NCBI RefSeq assembly: GCF_013315695.1
Contig: NZ_CP054353.1
DNA from: Escherichia coli
GTDB lineage: Bacteria > Pseudomonadota > Gammaproteobacteria > Enterobacterales > Enterobacteriaceae
Strand: one strand, 5' to 3'
DNA: 64,000 nt
Shown here: piece by piece, positions 33,721 to 45,211 of the stretch
Layout: every line of letters starts with the position of its first letter
Position numbering within the stretch: position 1 is the stretch's first letter
Notes under the pieces: generated by a model
Told to the model about the DNA's origin: nothing
Databases searched by the model: none
Seen by the model: the letters and a program-made list of their open reading frames with translations, nothing else
Made by a program: the position numbers and the translations under genes

Positions 33721-34116
33721 GTGGAAAAAACAGTTAATAGCGATTTGCATTTAGGTCAGTACTGGAGAATAGACATTGTCTGCGATCCAGAACTTCGAGA
33801 TGAGGTTGAGCAATATTTTTCTCGACACGATGTTGGTTTTAGCAAAATTGAAGTTTTTTCCGTCGAAAATCCATATAAACTTGCTCTGTTCTTTGATTTC
33901 GCGAAGAAGGGTGTGGAGGTTGCAAAAGCCATTATGGGACTCTTAGACCGAAATGATATTGAAATAACGATGTATCGTGCTACGGACAGTAGCCCGCAGT
34001 CTGTAAAAAGCATCAAATTGCGTAAGTCTGAAGACGTAGAGAAATGTAAAGATTTGCTTAGTACGTGTGTCGCAATTGGCGTTCAACGAAATAAGGAAAA
34101 AGAGGGGAGCGAATGA
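33721..34116 (+). CDS. Orphan AT-rich gene between int and the prophage end (131 aa, unknown function)
   Basis: ORF track 33700..34116. GTG 33721 lies 5 nt after AGGAGG (33710..33715). No TM segments and no motif I recognise. Confidence 0.55.
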   Translation: MEKTVNSDLHLGQYWRIDIVCDPELRDEVEQYFSRHDVGFSKIEVFSVENPYKLALFFDFAKKGVEVAKAIMGLLDRNDIEITMYRATDSSPQSVKSIKLRKSEDVEKCKDLLSTCVAIGVQRNKEKEGSE

Positions 34117-34222
34117 TCCACAAAGTGACCACATCCCTGTTATTTGTTGTGGTTGGCTGTGTTTTTGTGTGTCTGTAAGTCTTTGATAATTATCTAACTT
34201 ATTGATTTTTGTTTGTGTTTAT

Positions 34223-34243
34223 GGCCGCTCTGCGGCCTTTTTT
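34223..34243 (+). terminator. Intrinsic terminator upstream of btuC (probably the displaced ihfA terminator)
   Basis: GGCCGC-TCT-GCGGCC followed by T6. Confidence 0.6.
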
Positions 34244-34305
34244 CTTTTCACTGTCGAAGAGTCACCGTAAAATCAACGCCATGACACTTCAGCAGAACGG
34301 ATACC

Positions 34306-35286
34306 ATGCTGACACTTGCCCGCCAACAACAGCGACAAAATATTCGCTGGTTATTATGCCTGTCAGTTTTGATGCTGCTGGCGCTTCTCTTAAGCCTTTG
34401 CGCCGGTGAACAATGGATCTCGCCAGGTGACTGGTTTACTCCTCGTGGCGAACTGTTCGTCTGGCAAATTCGCCTGCCACGTACGCTGGCTGTATTGCTG
34501 GTTGGTGCGGCGCTGGCTATATCCGGCGCTGTAATGCAGGCGTTGTTCGAAAATCCTCTGGCAGAACCTGGACTACTTGGCGTCTCTAACGGCGCAGGCG
34601 TGGGGCTTATCGCCGCGGTATTGCTTGGGCAAGGGCAACTCCCCAACTGGGCGCTGGGGCTGTGTGCGATTGCTGGCGCGCTTATCATCACTTTAATACT
34701 CTTACGTTTCGCCCGTCGTCATCTTTCGACCAGTCGGTTATTGCTGGCTGGCGTTGCATTAGGGATTATCTGTAGCGCACTAATGACGTGGGCTATCTAC
34801 TTTTCCACCTCTGTTGATTTACGTCAGCTGATGTACTGGATGATGGGCGGTTTTGGCGGCGTAGACTGGCGGCAAAGCTGGCTGATGCTGGCATTGATCC
34901 CCGTGTTGTTGTGGATCTGTTGTCAGTCCAGGCCAATGAATATGTTAGCACTTGGCGAGATCTCGGCGCGGCAACTGGGTTTACCCCTGTGGTTCTGGCG
35001 CAATGTGTTGGTGGCAGCGACCGGCTGGATGGTTGGCGTCAGTGTGGCGCTGGCGGGTGCTATCGGCTTTATTGGTCTGGTGATCCCACATATTCTCCGG
35101 CTGTGTGGTTTAACCGATCATCGCGTATTACTTCCCGGCTGCGCGTTGGCAGGGGCGAGCGCATTGCTGCTGGCCGATATTGTAGCGCGCCTGGCATTAG
35201 CTGCCGCAGAGCTGCCTATTGGCGTGGTCACCGCAACGTTGGGTGCGCCGGTGTTTATCTGGTTATTGTTAAAAGCAGGACGTTAG
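34306..35286 (+). CDS. btuC: Vitamin B12 ABC transporter permease
   Basis: ORF track; recognised E. coli BtuC sequence ([19 protein letters not shown]...). Confidence 0.97.
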   Translation: MLTLARQQQRQNIRWLLCLSVLMLLALLLSLCAGEQWISPGDWFTPRGELFVWQIRLPRTLAVLLVGAALAISGAVMQALFENPLAEPGLLGVSNGAGVGLIAAVLLGQGQLPNWALGLCAIAGALIITLILLRFARRHLSTSRLLLAGVALGIICSALMTWAIYFSTSVDLRQLMYWMMGGFGGVDWRQSWLMLALIPVLLWICCQSRPMNMLALGEISARQLGLPLWFWRNVLVAATGWMVGVSVALAGAIGFIGLVIPHILRLCGLTDHRVLLPGCALAGASALLLADIVARLALAAAELPIGVVTATLGAPVFIWLLLKAGR

Positions 35287-35348
35287 CCGCAAAAAGACGG
35301 TCTATGATTAAAAGCTAAGATTTTTACTGACCACACCCAGGAGAAACG

Positions 35349-35900
35349 ATGCAAGATTCCATTCTGACGACCGTAGTGAAAGATATCGACGGTGAAGTGA
35401 CCACGCTGGAGAAGTTCGCCGGTAATGTGCTGTTGATTGTCAATGTCGCCTCAAAGTGTGGCTTAACGCCGCAATATGAGCAGTTGGAGAATATTCAGAA
35501 AGCCTGGGCCGATCGTGGTTTTGTGGTGCTGGGATTCCCGTGCAACCAGTTTCTGGAACAAGAACCGGGCAGCGATGAAGAGATTAAAACTTACTGTACC
35601 ACCACATGGGGGGTGACGTTCCCGATGTTCAGTAAGATTGAAGTTAATGGCGAAGGACGCCATCCGCTGTATCAAAAATTGATTGCCGCAGCGCCGACCG
35701 CAGTCGCGCCGGAAGAGAGCGGATTCTATGCCCGTATGGTCAGCAAAGGTCGTGCACCGCTGTACCCTGATGATATTTTATGGAATTTTGAGAAATTTTT
35801 AGTTGGCAGGGACGGATTGGTCATCCAGCGTTTTTCCCCGGATATGACGCCGGAAGATCCCATTGTGATGGAAAGCATTAAACTGGCGTTGGCAAAATAA
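35349..35900 (+). CDS. btuE: Thioredoxin/glutathione peroxidase BtuE
   Basis: ORF track; recognised E. coli BtuE. Confidence 0.97.
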
Positions 35901-36649
35901 TGTCTATTGTGATGCAGTTACAGGATGTTGCGGAATCTACCCGCCTGGGGCCGCTTTCTGGCGAGGTTCGGGCTGGGGAGATCCTGCACCTGGTGGGGCC
36001 GAACGGCGCGGGTAAGAGTACCTTGCTTGCACGAATGGCCGGAATGACCAGCGGTAAGGGAAGCATTCAGTTCGCGGGGCAACCACTGGAAGCATGGTCC
36101 GCAACAAAACTCGCGCTGCATCGCGCCTATCTTTCACAACAGCAGACGCCGCCGTTTGCAATGCCGGTCTGGCACTACCTGACACTGCATCAGCACGATA
36201 AAACGCGTACCGAACTACTGAATGATGTCGCAGGGGCGCTGGCTCTTGATGACAAACTCGGACGTAGCACCAATCAACTTTCCGGCGGCGAATGGCAACG
36301 CGTACGTCTTGCTGCGGTGGTGCTGCAAATCACACCACAAGCCAATCCCGCAGGCCAATTACTACTTCTTGATGAGCCTATGAACAGTCTTGATGTTGCG
36401 CAACAAAGTGCATTAGACAAAATTCTGAGCGCGCTGTGTCAGCAAGGACTGGCGATTGTGATGAGCAGTCACGATCTCAACCATACATTGCGTCATGCGC
36501 ATCGGGCGTGGTTGCTAAAAGGTGGAAAAATGCTGGCCAGTGGACGCAGGGAAGAGGTGCTCACGCCGCCAAATCTGGCGCAGGCCTATGGGATGAATTT
36601 TCGCCGTCTGGATATCGAAGGTCACAGAATGCTGATTTCGACCATCTGA
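35900..36649 (+). CDS. btuD: Vitamin B12 ABC transporter ATPase
   Basis: ORF track. Walker [10 protein letters not shown]; recognised BtuD. Confidence 0.97.
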
Positions 36650-36726
36650 TTTCATTAGTATCTTGAAAATCGGGTAATTACGACGCTAAATTAATGCAAG
36701 AATAAAAAACAGAGGAACCGTACGGA

Positions 36727-37191
36727 ATGCGTTTCTGCCTTATTTTGATCACAGCACTGTTTCTGGCCGGGTGTAGCCACCATAAAGCACCGCCGCCAAA
36801 TGCCAGACTTTCTGATTCGATTACCGTTATTGCCGGTTTGAACGACCAGCTACAGAGCTGGCATGGCACGCCGTATCGTTATGGTGGCATGACGCGGCGC
36901 GGTGTGGACTGTTCGGGGTTTGTGGTTGTGACGATGCGCGATCGTTTCGATTTGCAGCTGCCCCGAGAAACCAAAGAACAAGCCTCTATCGGCACGCAAA
37001 TTGATAAAGACGAGTTGCTGCCTGGTGACCTGGTCTTTTTCAAAACGGGCTCCGGACAAAATGGTTTGCATGTAGGTATTTACGATACCAACAACCAATT
37101 TATCCACGCCTCTACCAGCAAGGGAGTGATGCGTTCCTCACTCGATAATGTTTATTGGCAGAAAAATTTCTGGCAGGCGAGACGAATCTAG
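36727..37191 (+). CDS. nlpC: NlpC/P60 family lipoprotein
   Basis: ORF track. Lipobox LFLAGC; recognised NlpC. Confidence 0.95.
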   Translation: MRFCLILITALFLAGCSHHKAPPPNARLSDSITVIAGLNDQLQSWHGTPYRYGGMTRRGVDCSGFVVVTMRDRFDLQLPRETKEQASIGTQIDKDELLPGDLVFFKTGSGQNGLHVGIYDTNNQFIHASTSKGVMRSSLDNVYWQKNFWQARRI

Positions 37192-37202
37192 TATGTCGAA
37201 AA

Positions 37203-37233
37203 ATTGACGGCGATGATACATCGCCGTCAATTT
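37203..37233 (+). terminator. nlpC intrinsic terminator
   Basis: 13-bp stem ATTGACGGCGATG-ATA-CATCGCCGTCAAT followed by TT. Confidence 0.7.
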
Positions 37234-37437
37234 ACTCCAGAATACAGTAGTATTTTGCAGACAAAAATTCCGTAAATGGATTATTCGTTTATAATCAGGA
37301 TAATCTAAAAAAAGGACCCCTGAAAAAGTGGTTAACATGGAACAAATGAAAGTTACTCCTTCTGTAATTGTTATGTCTTATGGCCTCATCCCTTTTAGCC
37401 GGATACTGAAAAACATCCTTCGAGAGGGACGGTTACC

Positions 37438-38106
37438 ATGAAGATTTTTTTGGAGAATCTTTATCATTCTGATTGCTATTTCCTGCCGATAAGAGATAAC
37501 CAGCAAGACCTTGTCGGCGTTGAGTTAATTACCCATTTCTCCAGTGAAGATGGTACGGTTCGTATACCGACGAGTCGGGTTATAGCGCAACTTACCGAGG
37601 AGCAACATTGGCAATTATTTTCTGAGCAGTTGGAATTGCTAAAATCATGCCAACACTTTTTTATTCAACATAAACTCTTTGCCTGGCTTAATTTAACCCC
37701 ACAAGTGGCTACTTTATTATTAGACAGGGATAATTACGCGGGCGAACTATTAAAATATCCGTTTATTGAACTGTTGATTAATGAGAATTACCCGCATCTC
37801 GATGAAGGAAAAGATAATCGCGATCTTTTGTCCTTATCGCAAATGTATCCCCTTGTGTTAGGTAATTTGGGCGCAGGCAATAGCACAATGAGAGCGGTTT
37901 TTGATGGTCTTTTCACCCGCGTCATGCTGGATAAAAGTTTTATTCAGCAACAAATCACGCATCGCTCCTTCGAACCGTTTATTCGTGCGATCCAGGCGCA
38001 AATTTCCCCATGTTGCAATTGCATCATCGCGGGGGGCATTGATACGCCAGAAATAATGGCACAGATTACCCCCTTTGATTTCCATGCTCTCCAGGGATGC
38101 CTGTAG
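37438..38106 (+). CDS. ydiV: Anti-FlhDC factor YdiV (degenerate EAL), ends at an in-frame TAG 15 codons early relative to the remembered K-12 protein
   Basis: ORF track, 222 aa. After TAG 38104..38106 the frame continues PAVPVNQITTLVQR to TAA 38149..38151. Confidence 0.9.
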   Translation: MKIFLENLYHSDCYFLPIRDNQQDLVGVELITHFSSEDGTVRIPTSRVIAQLTEEQHWQLFSEQLELLKSCQHFFIQHKLFAWLNLTPQVATLLLDRDNYAGELLKYPFIELLINENYPHLDEGKDNRDLLSLSQMYPLVLGNLGAGNSTMRAVFDGLFTRVMLDKSFIQQQITHRSFEPFIRAIQAQISPCCNCIIAGGIDTPEIMAQITPFDFHALQGCL

Positions 38107-38174
38107 CCTGCCGTTCCTGTAAATCAGATAACGACGTTGGTTCAGCGATAACCCTCCTGTTTGCTGGTGTTTAA

Positions 38175-39650
<1,476 letters not shown>

Positions 39651-39653
39651 AGG

Positions 39654-39845
39654 CTACTTGGTCAACAGCAGCTTGCCAGCCTGAGTTTTACGGAGCAGAT
39701 ATTCTTGCCCGTCATGATCGATAATCAGTTTGCCATCCGGACCTAACAGTGTCTGGCTGGTAATTCGCCGAATGGGCTGCGGGGAAGCGGTCTTGTGATT
39801 GGCATCCGTTTCAGGCGTGAGTTTTCTGCTATCCGTATAACGCAT
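39654..39845 (-). CDS. ydiE: HemP-like small protein YdiE
   Basis: ORF track 39654..39872. Start set to [18 protein letters not shown]. Confidence 0.85.
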   Translation of the reverse strand: MRYTDSRKLTPETDANHKTASPQPIRRITSQTLLGPDGKLIIDHDGQEYLLRKTQAGKLLLTK

Positions 39846-39976
39846 AAAAATTAATAATAATTGATATAACAATAATTCTTATTATCAATATTCTGGCGGG
39901 CCAGAGCAAGCAGTAATGTGTTGAGAAGACAACAAGTTGCGCGGAAATGCCCATCCCATCAGGAATGGGCACGCAT

Positions 39977-41023
39977 TCAGAAGCGGGTATCTACCGCAGA
40001 GGCGAGTTTTTCGACCAGGCGTTCGGTATCTTCCCAGCCCAGACACGGGTCGGTAATGGATTGACCGTAAGTGAGCGGCTGACCGCCGACGATTTTTTGC
40101 GTTCCTTCGCGCAGGAAACTTTCCGCCATAATTCCAGCAATCGCCGTAGAGCCATTGCGGATTTGCTGACAAATATCCTCACAAACTTCTAACTGGCGAC
40201 GGTGCTGCTTCTGGCAGTTACCGTGGCTGAAATCCACCACCAGATGTTCAGGTAAATCAAACTCGTGCAGCGTATCGCAGGCTGCGGCGATATCATCGGC
40301 ATGATAATTCGGTTTTTTGCCGCCACGCATAATAATGTGGCCATACGGGTTGCCGCTGGTCTGATAGATGGTCATCTGACCATTTTTGTCTGGCGAGAGG
40401 AACATATGGCTGGCGCGGGCTGCGCGGATAGCATCCACAGCAATCCGCGTGTTGCCATCGGTACCATTTTTAAAACCTACCGGACAGGAGAGTGCCGAAG
40501 CCATTTCACGGTGGATCTGACTTTCGGTAGTACGTGCGCCAATCGCGCCCCAACTGATTAAATCAGCAATAAACTGACCGGTCACCATATCGAGGAACTC
40601 AGTCGCGGTAGGGACGCCCAGCTCATTTACCTGTAAAAGTAATTTGCGCGCCAGCTCCAGACCGTGATTTACCCGATAGCTACCGTTTAAATCTGGATCG
40701 GAGATTAGTCCTTTCCAGCCGACAACAGTTCGTGGTTTTTCAAAATAGGTGCGCATTACGATTTCCAGCCGTGACTGGTACTGGTTGCGCAGCGACTGCA
40801 GACGGGTGGCGTACTCCATTGCAGCGGTGAGATCGTGGATCGAGCAGGGGCCAATAATGACCAACAGTCGCTTATCTTCACCATTGAGTATTTTTTCAAT
40901 TCTGCGGCGGGAGTCGGTGACATGGGTGGCGACGCCAGTCGTTACGGGATACCGTAGCGCGAGTTCGGCGGGCGTTACCAGGCTCTCAATACGCGCAGTA
41001 CGGAGTTCGTCAGTTCTGTTCAT
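39977..41023 (-). CDS. aroH: DAHP synthase, Trp-sensitive
   Basis: ORF track, 348 aa; recognised AroH. Confidence 0.97.
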   Translation of the reverse strand: MNRTDELRTARIESLVTPAELALRYPVTTGVATHVTDSRRRIEKILNGEDKRLLVIIGPCSIHDLTAAMEYATRLQSLRNQYQSRLEIVMRTYFEKPRTVVGWKGLISDPDLNGSYRVNHGLELARKLLLQVNELGVPTATEFLDMVTGQFIADLISWGAIGARTTESQIHREMASALSCPVGFKNGTDGNTRIAVDAIRAARASHMFLSPDKNGQMTIYQTSGNPYGHIIMRGGKKPNYHADDIAAACDTLHEFDLPEHLVVDFSHGNCQKQHRRQLEVCEDICQQIRNGSTAIAGIMAESFLREGTQKIVGGQPLTYGQSITDPCLGWEDTERLVEKLASAVDTRF

Positions 41024-41168
41024 TACAAGTCTCAGAAATTTGTTGCTTCTACGGCAGGACTACCGGGAAGTGATGCGCATCACGATAAACCAATCGCAGC
41101 TGATTTCAAGTGCGAGGTGTGTCACACCTCGCCGGGTGGTTAGCATGATAACAAAAAAGCAAGCCAAT

Positions 41169-41186
41169 GCACTAGTTTTCTAGTAC
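41169..41186. promoter_or_regulatory. TrpR operator of the aroH promoter
   Basis: GCACTAGTTTTCTAGTAC matches the palindromic Trp-repressor box (GTACTAG...CTAGTAC). It overlaps the ppsR stop codon. Confidence 0.65.
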
Positions 41187-42013
41187 ATTCGACGGCTAAG
41201 GCCCATGATATCGAGGATCTTGGTGGCAATCTCTTCTACCGAATAATTGGTACTGTTAATCCACGGGATCTGATTTTTACGGTACAACGCTTCCACTTCC
41301 GCGACTTCCATCCTGCACTGACGAAGCGAGGCATAGCGACTGTTCTCCCGACGTTCCTCGCGAATCGCCGCCAGACGTTCCGGGTCGATAGTCAGGCCGA
41401 ACAATTTGTGCTGAAGCGGTTTGAGCGACGCGGGTAGCACCAGATTATCCATATCGTCGGCAATAAAGGGGTAGTTTGCCGCGCGGATACCAAATTGCAT
41501 TGCCAGATACAGACTGGTGGGGGTTTTACCACAGCGAGAAACACCGAGCAGGATCACCTGAGCCTGGTCCAGATTGCGCAACGAAATGCCGTCGTCATGG
41601 GCAAGGGTGTAATCAATCGCCGCAATACGCGCATCATATTTATTGAGGTTATTAGGGTTCAGGCCATGGGTACGATGAGCAATCGGCGTGGGATCCAGTT
41701 TCATCTCTTGTTGTAGCGGGGCAACCAGCGCCTGAACGATATCCTGGCAAAAGCCCTCACTTTGCAAGATGATGGCGCGAATCTCCGGCAACACGATGGA
41801 GTAGAAGACCAGCGGGCGCACACCTGTCTGGTGATAAATTGCGTCAATCTGATCCTTCACTGCCCGTGCACGGCTCTCATTTTCGACAAACGGCAGCGTA
41901 ATGCTGCTGATAGTGACGGGAAATTGTGACATTACTGCGTGTCCTAATACCTCCGCAGTTATTGCCGTACCATCAGAAATATAAAAAACGTGGCGATCAA
42001 CAGCATTATCCAT
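41180..42013 (-). CDS. ppsR: PEP synthase regulatory kinase/phosphorylase
   Basis: ORF track, 277 aa; recognised YdiA/PpsR. Confidence 0.95.
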
Positions 42014-42242
42014 TTTGTTCTTCCCGTGATGCAGACATAATTCTATGAAAGCATAAATTAAAAACGCACAGAAGCGTAGAACGTTATGTCTGGTTTATAA
42101 AATGAAACTTAAATTTTATTTTTTATGAAAACAGCATTTCATTTTTATGGTTTCGTTTATACCGATGGTTTATGTGGAAATTGTCGAAGAGAGCAGATTT
42201 GCGCAACGCTGGGATCAGTCTTAAAAAGTAAAAAATATATTT

Positions 42243-42258
42243 GCTTGAACGATTCACC
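42243..42258. promoter_or_regulatory. Probable Cra (FruR) site of the ppsA promoter
   Basis: GCTTGAACGATTCACC resembles the Cra palindrome (TGAA-CG-ATTCA type), about 90 bp upstream of the ppsA ATG. From memory of the consensus. Confidence 0.45.
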
Positions 42259-42344
42259 GTTTTTTTCATCCGGTTAAATATGCAAAGATAAATGCGCAGA
42301 AATGTGTTTCTCAAACCGTTCATTTATCACAAAAGGATTGTTCG

Positions 42345-44723
42345 ATGTCCAACAATGGCTCGTCACCGCTGGTGCTTTGGTATAACCAACTCGGCATGAA
42401 TGATGTAGACAGGGTTGGGGGCAAAAATGCCTCCCTGGGTGAAATGATTACTAACCTTTCCGGAATGGGTGTTTCCGTTCCGAATGGTTTCGCCACAACC
42501 GCCGACGCGTTTAACCAGTTTCTGGACCAAAGCGGCGTAAACCAGCGCATTTATGAACTGCTGGATAAAACGGATATTGACGATGTTACCCAGCTTGCGA
42601 AAGCGGGCGCGCAAATCCGCCAGTGGATTATCGACACTCCCTTCCAGCCTGAGCTGGAAAACGCCATCCGCGAAGCCTATGCACAGCTTTCCGCCGATGA
42701 CGAAAACGCCTCGTTTGCGGTGCGTTCCTCCGCTACTGCAGAAGATATGCCGGACGCTTCTTTTGCCGGTCAGCAGGAAACCTTCCTCAACGTTCAGGGT
42801 TTTGACGCCGTTCTCGTGGCAGTGAAACATGTATTTGCTTCTCTGTTTAACGATCGCGCCATCTCTTATCGTGTGCACCAGGGTTACGATCACCGTGGCG
42901 TGGCGCTCTCCGCCGGTGTTCAGCGGATGGTGCGCTCCGACCTCGCATCTTCTGGCGTGATGTTCTCCATTGATACCGAATCCGGCTTTGACCAGGTGGT
43001 GTTTATCACTTCCGCATGGGGCCTTGGTGAAATGGTCGTGCAGGGTGCGGTTAACCCGGATGAGTTTTACGTGCACAAACCGACACTGGCGGCGAATCGC
43101 CCGGCTATCGTGCGCCGCACCATGGGGTCGAAAAAAATCCGCATGGTTTACGCGCCGACCCAGGAGCACGGCAAGCAGGTTAAAATCGAAGACGTACCGC
43201 AGGAACAGCGTGACATCTTCTCGCTGACCAACGAAGAAGTGCAGGAACTGGCAAAACAGGCCGTACAAATTGAGAAACACTACGGTCGCCCGATGGATAT
43301 TGAGTGGGCGAAAGATGGCCACACCGGCAAACTGTTCATTGTGCAGGCGCGTCCGGAAACCGTGCGCTCACGCGGTCAGGTCATGGAGCGTTATACGCTG
43401 CATTCACAGGGTAAGATTATCGCCGAAGGCCGTGCTATCGGTCATCGCATCGGCGCGGGTCCGGTGAAAGTCATCCATGACATCAGCGAAATGAACCGCA
43501 TCGAACCTGGTGACGTGCTGGTTACTGACATGACCGACCCGGACTGGGAACCGATCATGAAGAAAGCATCTGCCATCGTCACCAACCGTGGCGGTCGTAC
43601 CTGTCACGCGGCGATCATCGCTCGTGAACTCGGCATTCCGGCGGTAGTGGGCTGTGGTGATGCAACAGAACGGATGAAAGACGGTGAGAACGTCACTGTT
43701 TCTTGTGCCGAAGGTGATACCGGTTATGTCTATGCGGAGTTGCTGGAATTTAGCGTGAAAAGCTCCAGCGTAGAAACGATGCCGGACCTGCCGTTGAAGG
43801 TGATGATGAACGTCGGTAACCCGGATCGTGCTTTCGACTTCGCCTGCCTGCCGAACGAAGGCGTGGGCCTTGCGCGTCTGGAATTTATCATCAACCGTAT
43901 GATTGGCGTCCACCCACGCGCACTGCTTGAGTTTGACGATCAGGAACCGCAGTTGCAAAACGAAATCCGCGAGATGATGAAAGGTTTTGATTCTCCGCGT
44001 GAATTTTACGTTGGGCGTTTGACTGAAGGGATCGCGACGCTGGGTGCCGCGTTTTATCCGAAGCGCGTCATTGTCCGTCTCTCTGATTTTAAATCGAACG
44101 AATATGCCAACCTGGTCGGTGGTGAGCGTTACGAGCCAGATGAAGAGAACCCGATGCTCGGCTTCCGTGGCGCGGGCCGCTATGTTTCCGACAGCTTCCG
44201 CGACTGCTTCGCGCTGGAGTGTGAAGCAGTGAAACGTGTGCGCAACGACATGGGGCTGACCAACGTTGAGATCATGATCCCGTTCGTGCGTACCGTAGAT
44301 CAGGCGAAAGCGGTGGTTGAGGAACTGGCGCGTCAGGGGCTGAAACGTGGTGAGAACGGGCTGAAAATCATCATGATGTGTGAAATCCCGTCCAACGCCT
44401 TGCTGGCCGAGCAGTTCCTCGAATATTTCGACGGCTTCTCAATTGGCTCAAACGACATGACGCAGCTGGCGCTCGGTCTGGATCGTGACTCCGGCGTGGT
44501 ATCTGAACTGTTCGATGAGCGCAACGATGCGGTGAAAGCACTGCTGTCGATGGCGATTCGTGCCGCGAAGAAACAGGGCAAATATGTCGGGATTTGCGGT
44601 CAGGGTCCATCCGACCACGAAGACTTTGCTGCATGGTTGATGGAAGAGGGGATCGATAGCCTGTCTCTTAACCCGGACACCGTGGTGCAAACCTGGTTAA
44701 GTCTGGCTGAACTTAACAAGTAA
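42345..44723 (+). CDS. ppsA: Phosphoenolpyruvate synthase
   Basis: ORF track, 792 aa; recognised. Confidence 0.98.
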   Translation: MSNNGSSPLVLWYNQLGMNDVDRVGGKNASLGEMITNLSGMGVSVPNGFATTADAFNQFLDQSGVNQRIYELLDKTDIDDVTQLAKAGAQIRQWIIDTPFQPELENAIREAYAQLSADDENASFAVRSSATAEDMPDASFAGQQETFLNVQGFDAVLVAVKHVFASLFNDRAISYRVHQGYDHRGVALSAGVQRMVRSDLASSGVMFSIDTESGFDQVVFITSAWGLGEMVVQGAVNPDEFYVHKPTLAANRPAIVRRTMGSKKIRMVYAPTQEHGKQVKIEDVPQEQRDIFSLTNEEVQELAKQAVQIEKHYGRPMDIEWAKDGHTGKLFIVQARPETVRSRGQVMERYTLHSQGKIIAEGRAIGHRIGAGPVKVIHDISEMNRIEPGDVLVTDMTDPDWEPIMKKASAIVTNRGGRTCHAAIIARELGIPAVVGCGDATERMKDGENVTVSCAEGDTGYVYAELLEFSVKSSSVETMPDLPLKVMMNVGNPDRAFDFACLPNEGVGLARLEFIINRMIGVHPRALLEFDDQEPQLQNEIREMMKGFDSPREFYVGRLTEGIATLGAAFYPKRVIVRLSDFKSNEYANLVGGERYEPDEENPMLGFRGAGRYVSDSFRDCFALECEAVKRVRNDMGLTNVEIMIPFVRTVDQAKAVVEELARQGLKRGENGLKIIMMCEIPSNALLAEQFLEYFDGFSIGSNDMTQLALGLDRDSGVVSELFDERNDAVKALLSMAIRAAKKQGKYVGICGQGPSDHEDFAAWLMEEGIDSLSLNPDTVVQTWLSLAELNK

Positions 44724-44729
44724 ATAAAA

Positions 44730-44754
44730 ACCCGGCGGCGTTCAGTCGCCGGGT
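44730..44754 (+). terminator. ppsA terminator stem-loop
   Basis: ACCCGGCG-(9 nt)-CGCCGGGT directly after the stop codon. Confidence 0.6.
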
Positions 44755-45110
44755 CCATTTCTATATCCCCACCTTTTAACAACCTGCTTTGGGCAAACGC
44801 GCTCATGCAATATAAAAAGTTTCCGGACATCATCTGAATAATTGGCTGCTGTTCTTTCTGATTTTAATTTGTTTGCGATCCTCTCCACAGAATAATTCTC
44901 GATACCGTTTTTTCTCAAAGCCGAATGTGACCACACGTCAATTTCCTTAAGCATATGCGTAATTTTTTCGTCCAGAGTTCGTTGGATTGCACGAAGTCAC
45001 TGATGAGTCCCGTTTTTATACTATCTTCAACCACAGCATAAAAAGGGATATGGCCATGAAAAATTACCGCACCGTTATTCAGACATAAGCGCAGATTATG
45101 TAATTCAGAG
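44742..45110 (-). pseudogene. Fragmented LuxR/GerE-type HTH regulator, divergent from the islet operon
   Basis: The 70-aa ORF 44742..44954 carries a GerE-like helix pattern (SVERIANKLKSERTAANYSDDVRKL). The upstream part (...AVIFHGHIPFYAVVEDSIKTGLISDFVQSNELW) is in another frame with no start. Boundaries are approximate. Confidence 0.3.
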
Positions 45111-45211
45111 AATTTATTCGAACTAAAACCGATTTTCTGATTTGTCTGGCTGTACAGAAAACAGGATAAATTCCCTCCGCGAGCGGTGGGAAACAGCTAC
45201 AGGGATTGCAT

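Noticed and set aside
33716-33754. ATG directly after the int-distal AGGAGG
   Set aside because: That frame stops after 12 codons. GTG 33721 in the long frame has equally good spacing and yields the 131-aa product.
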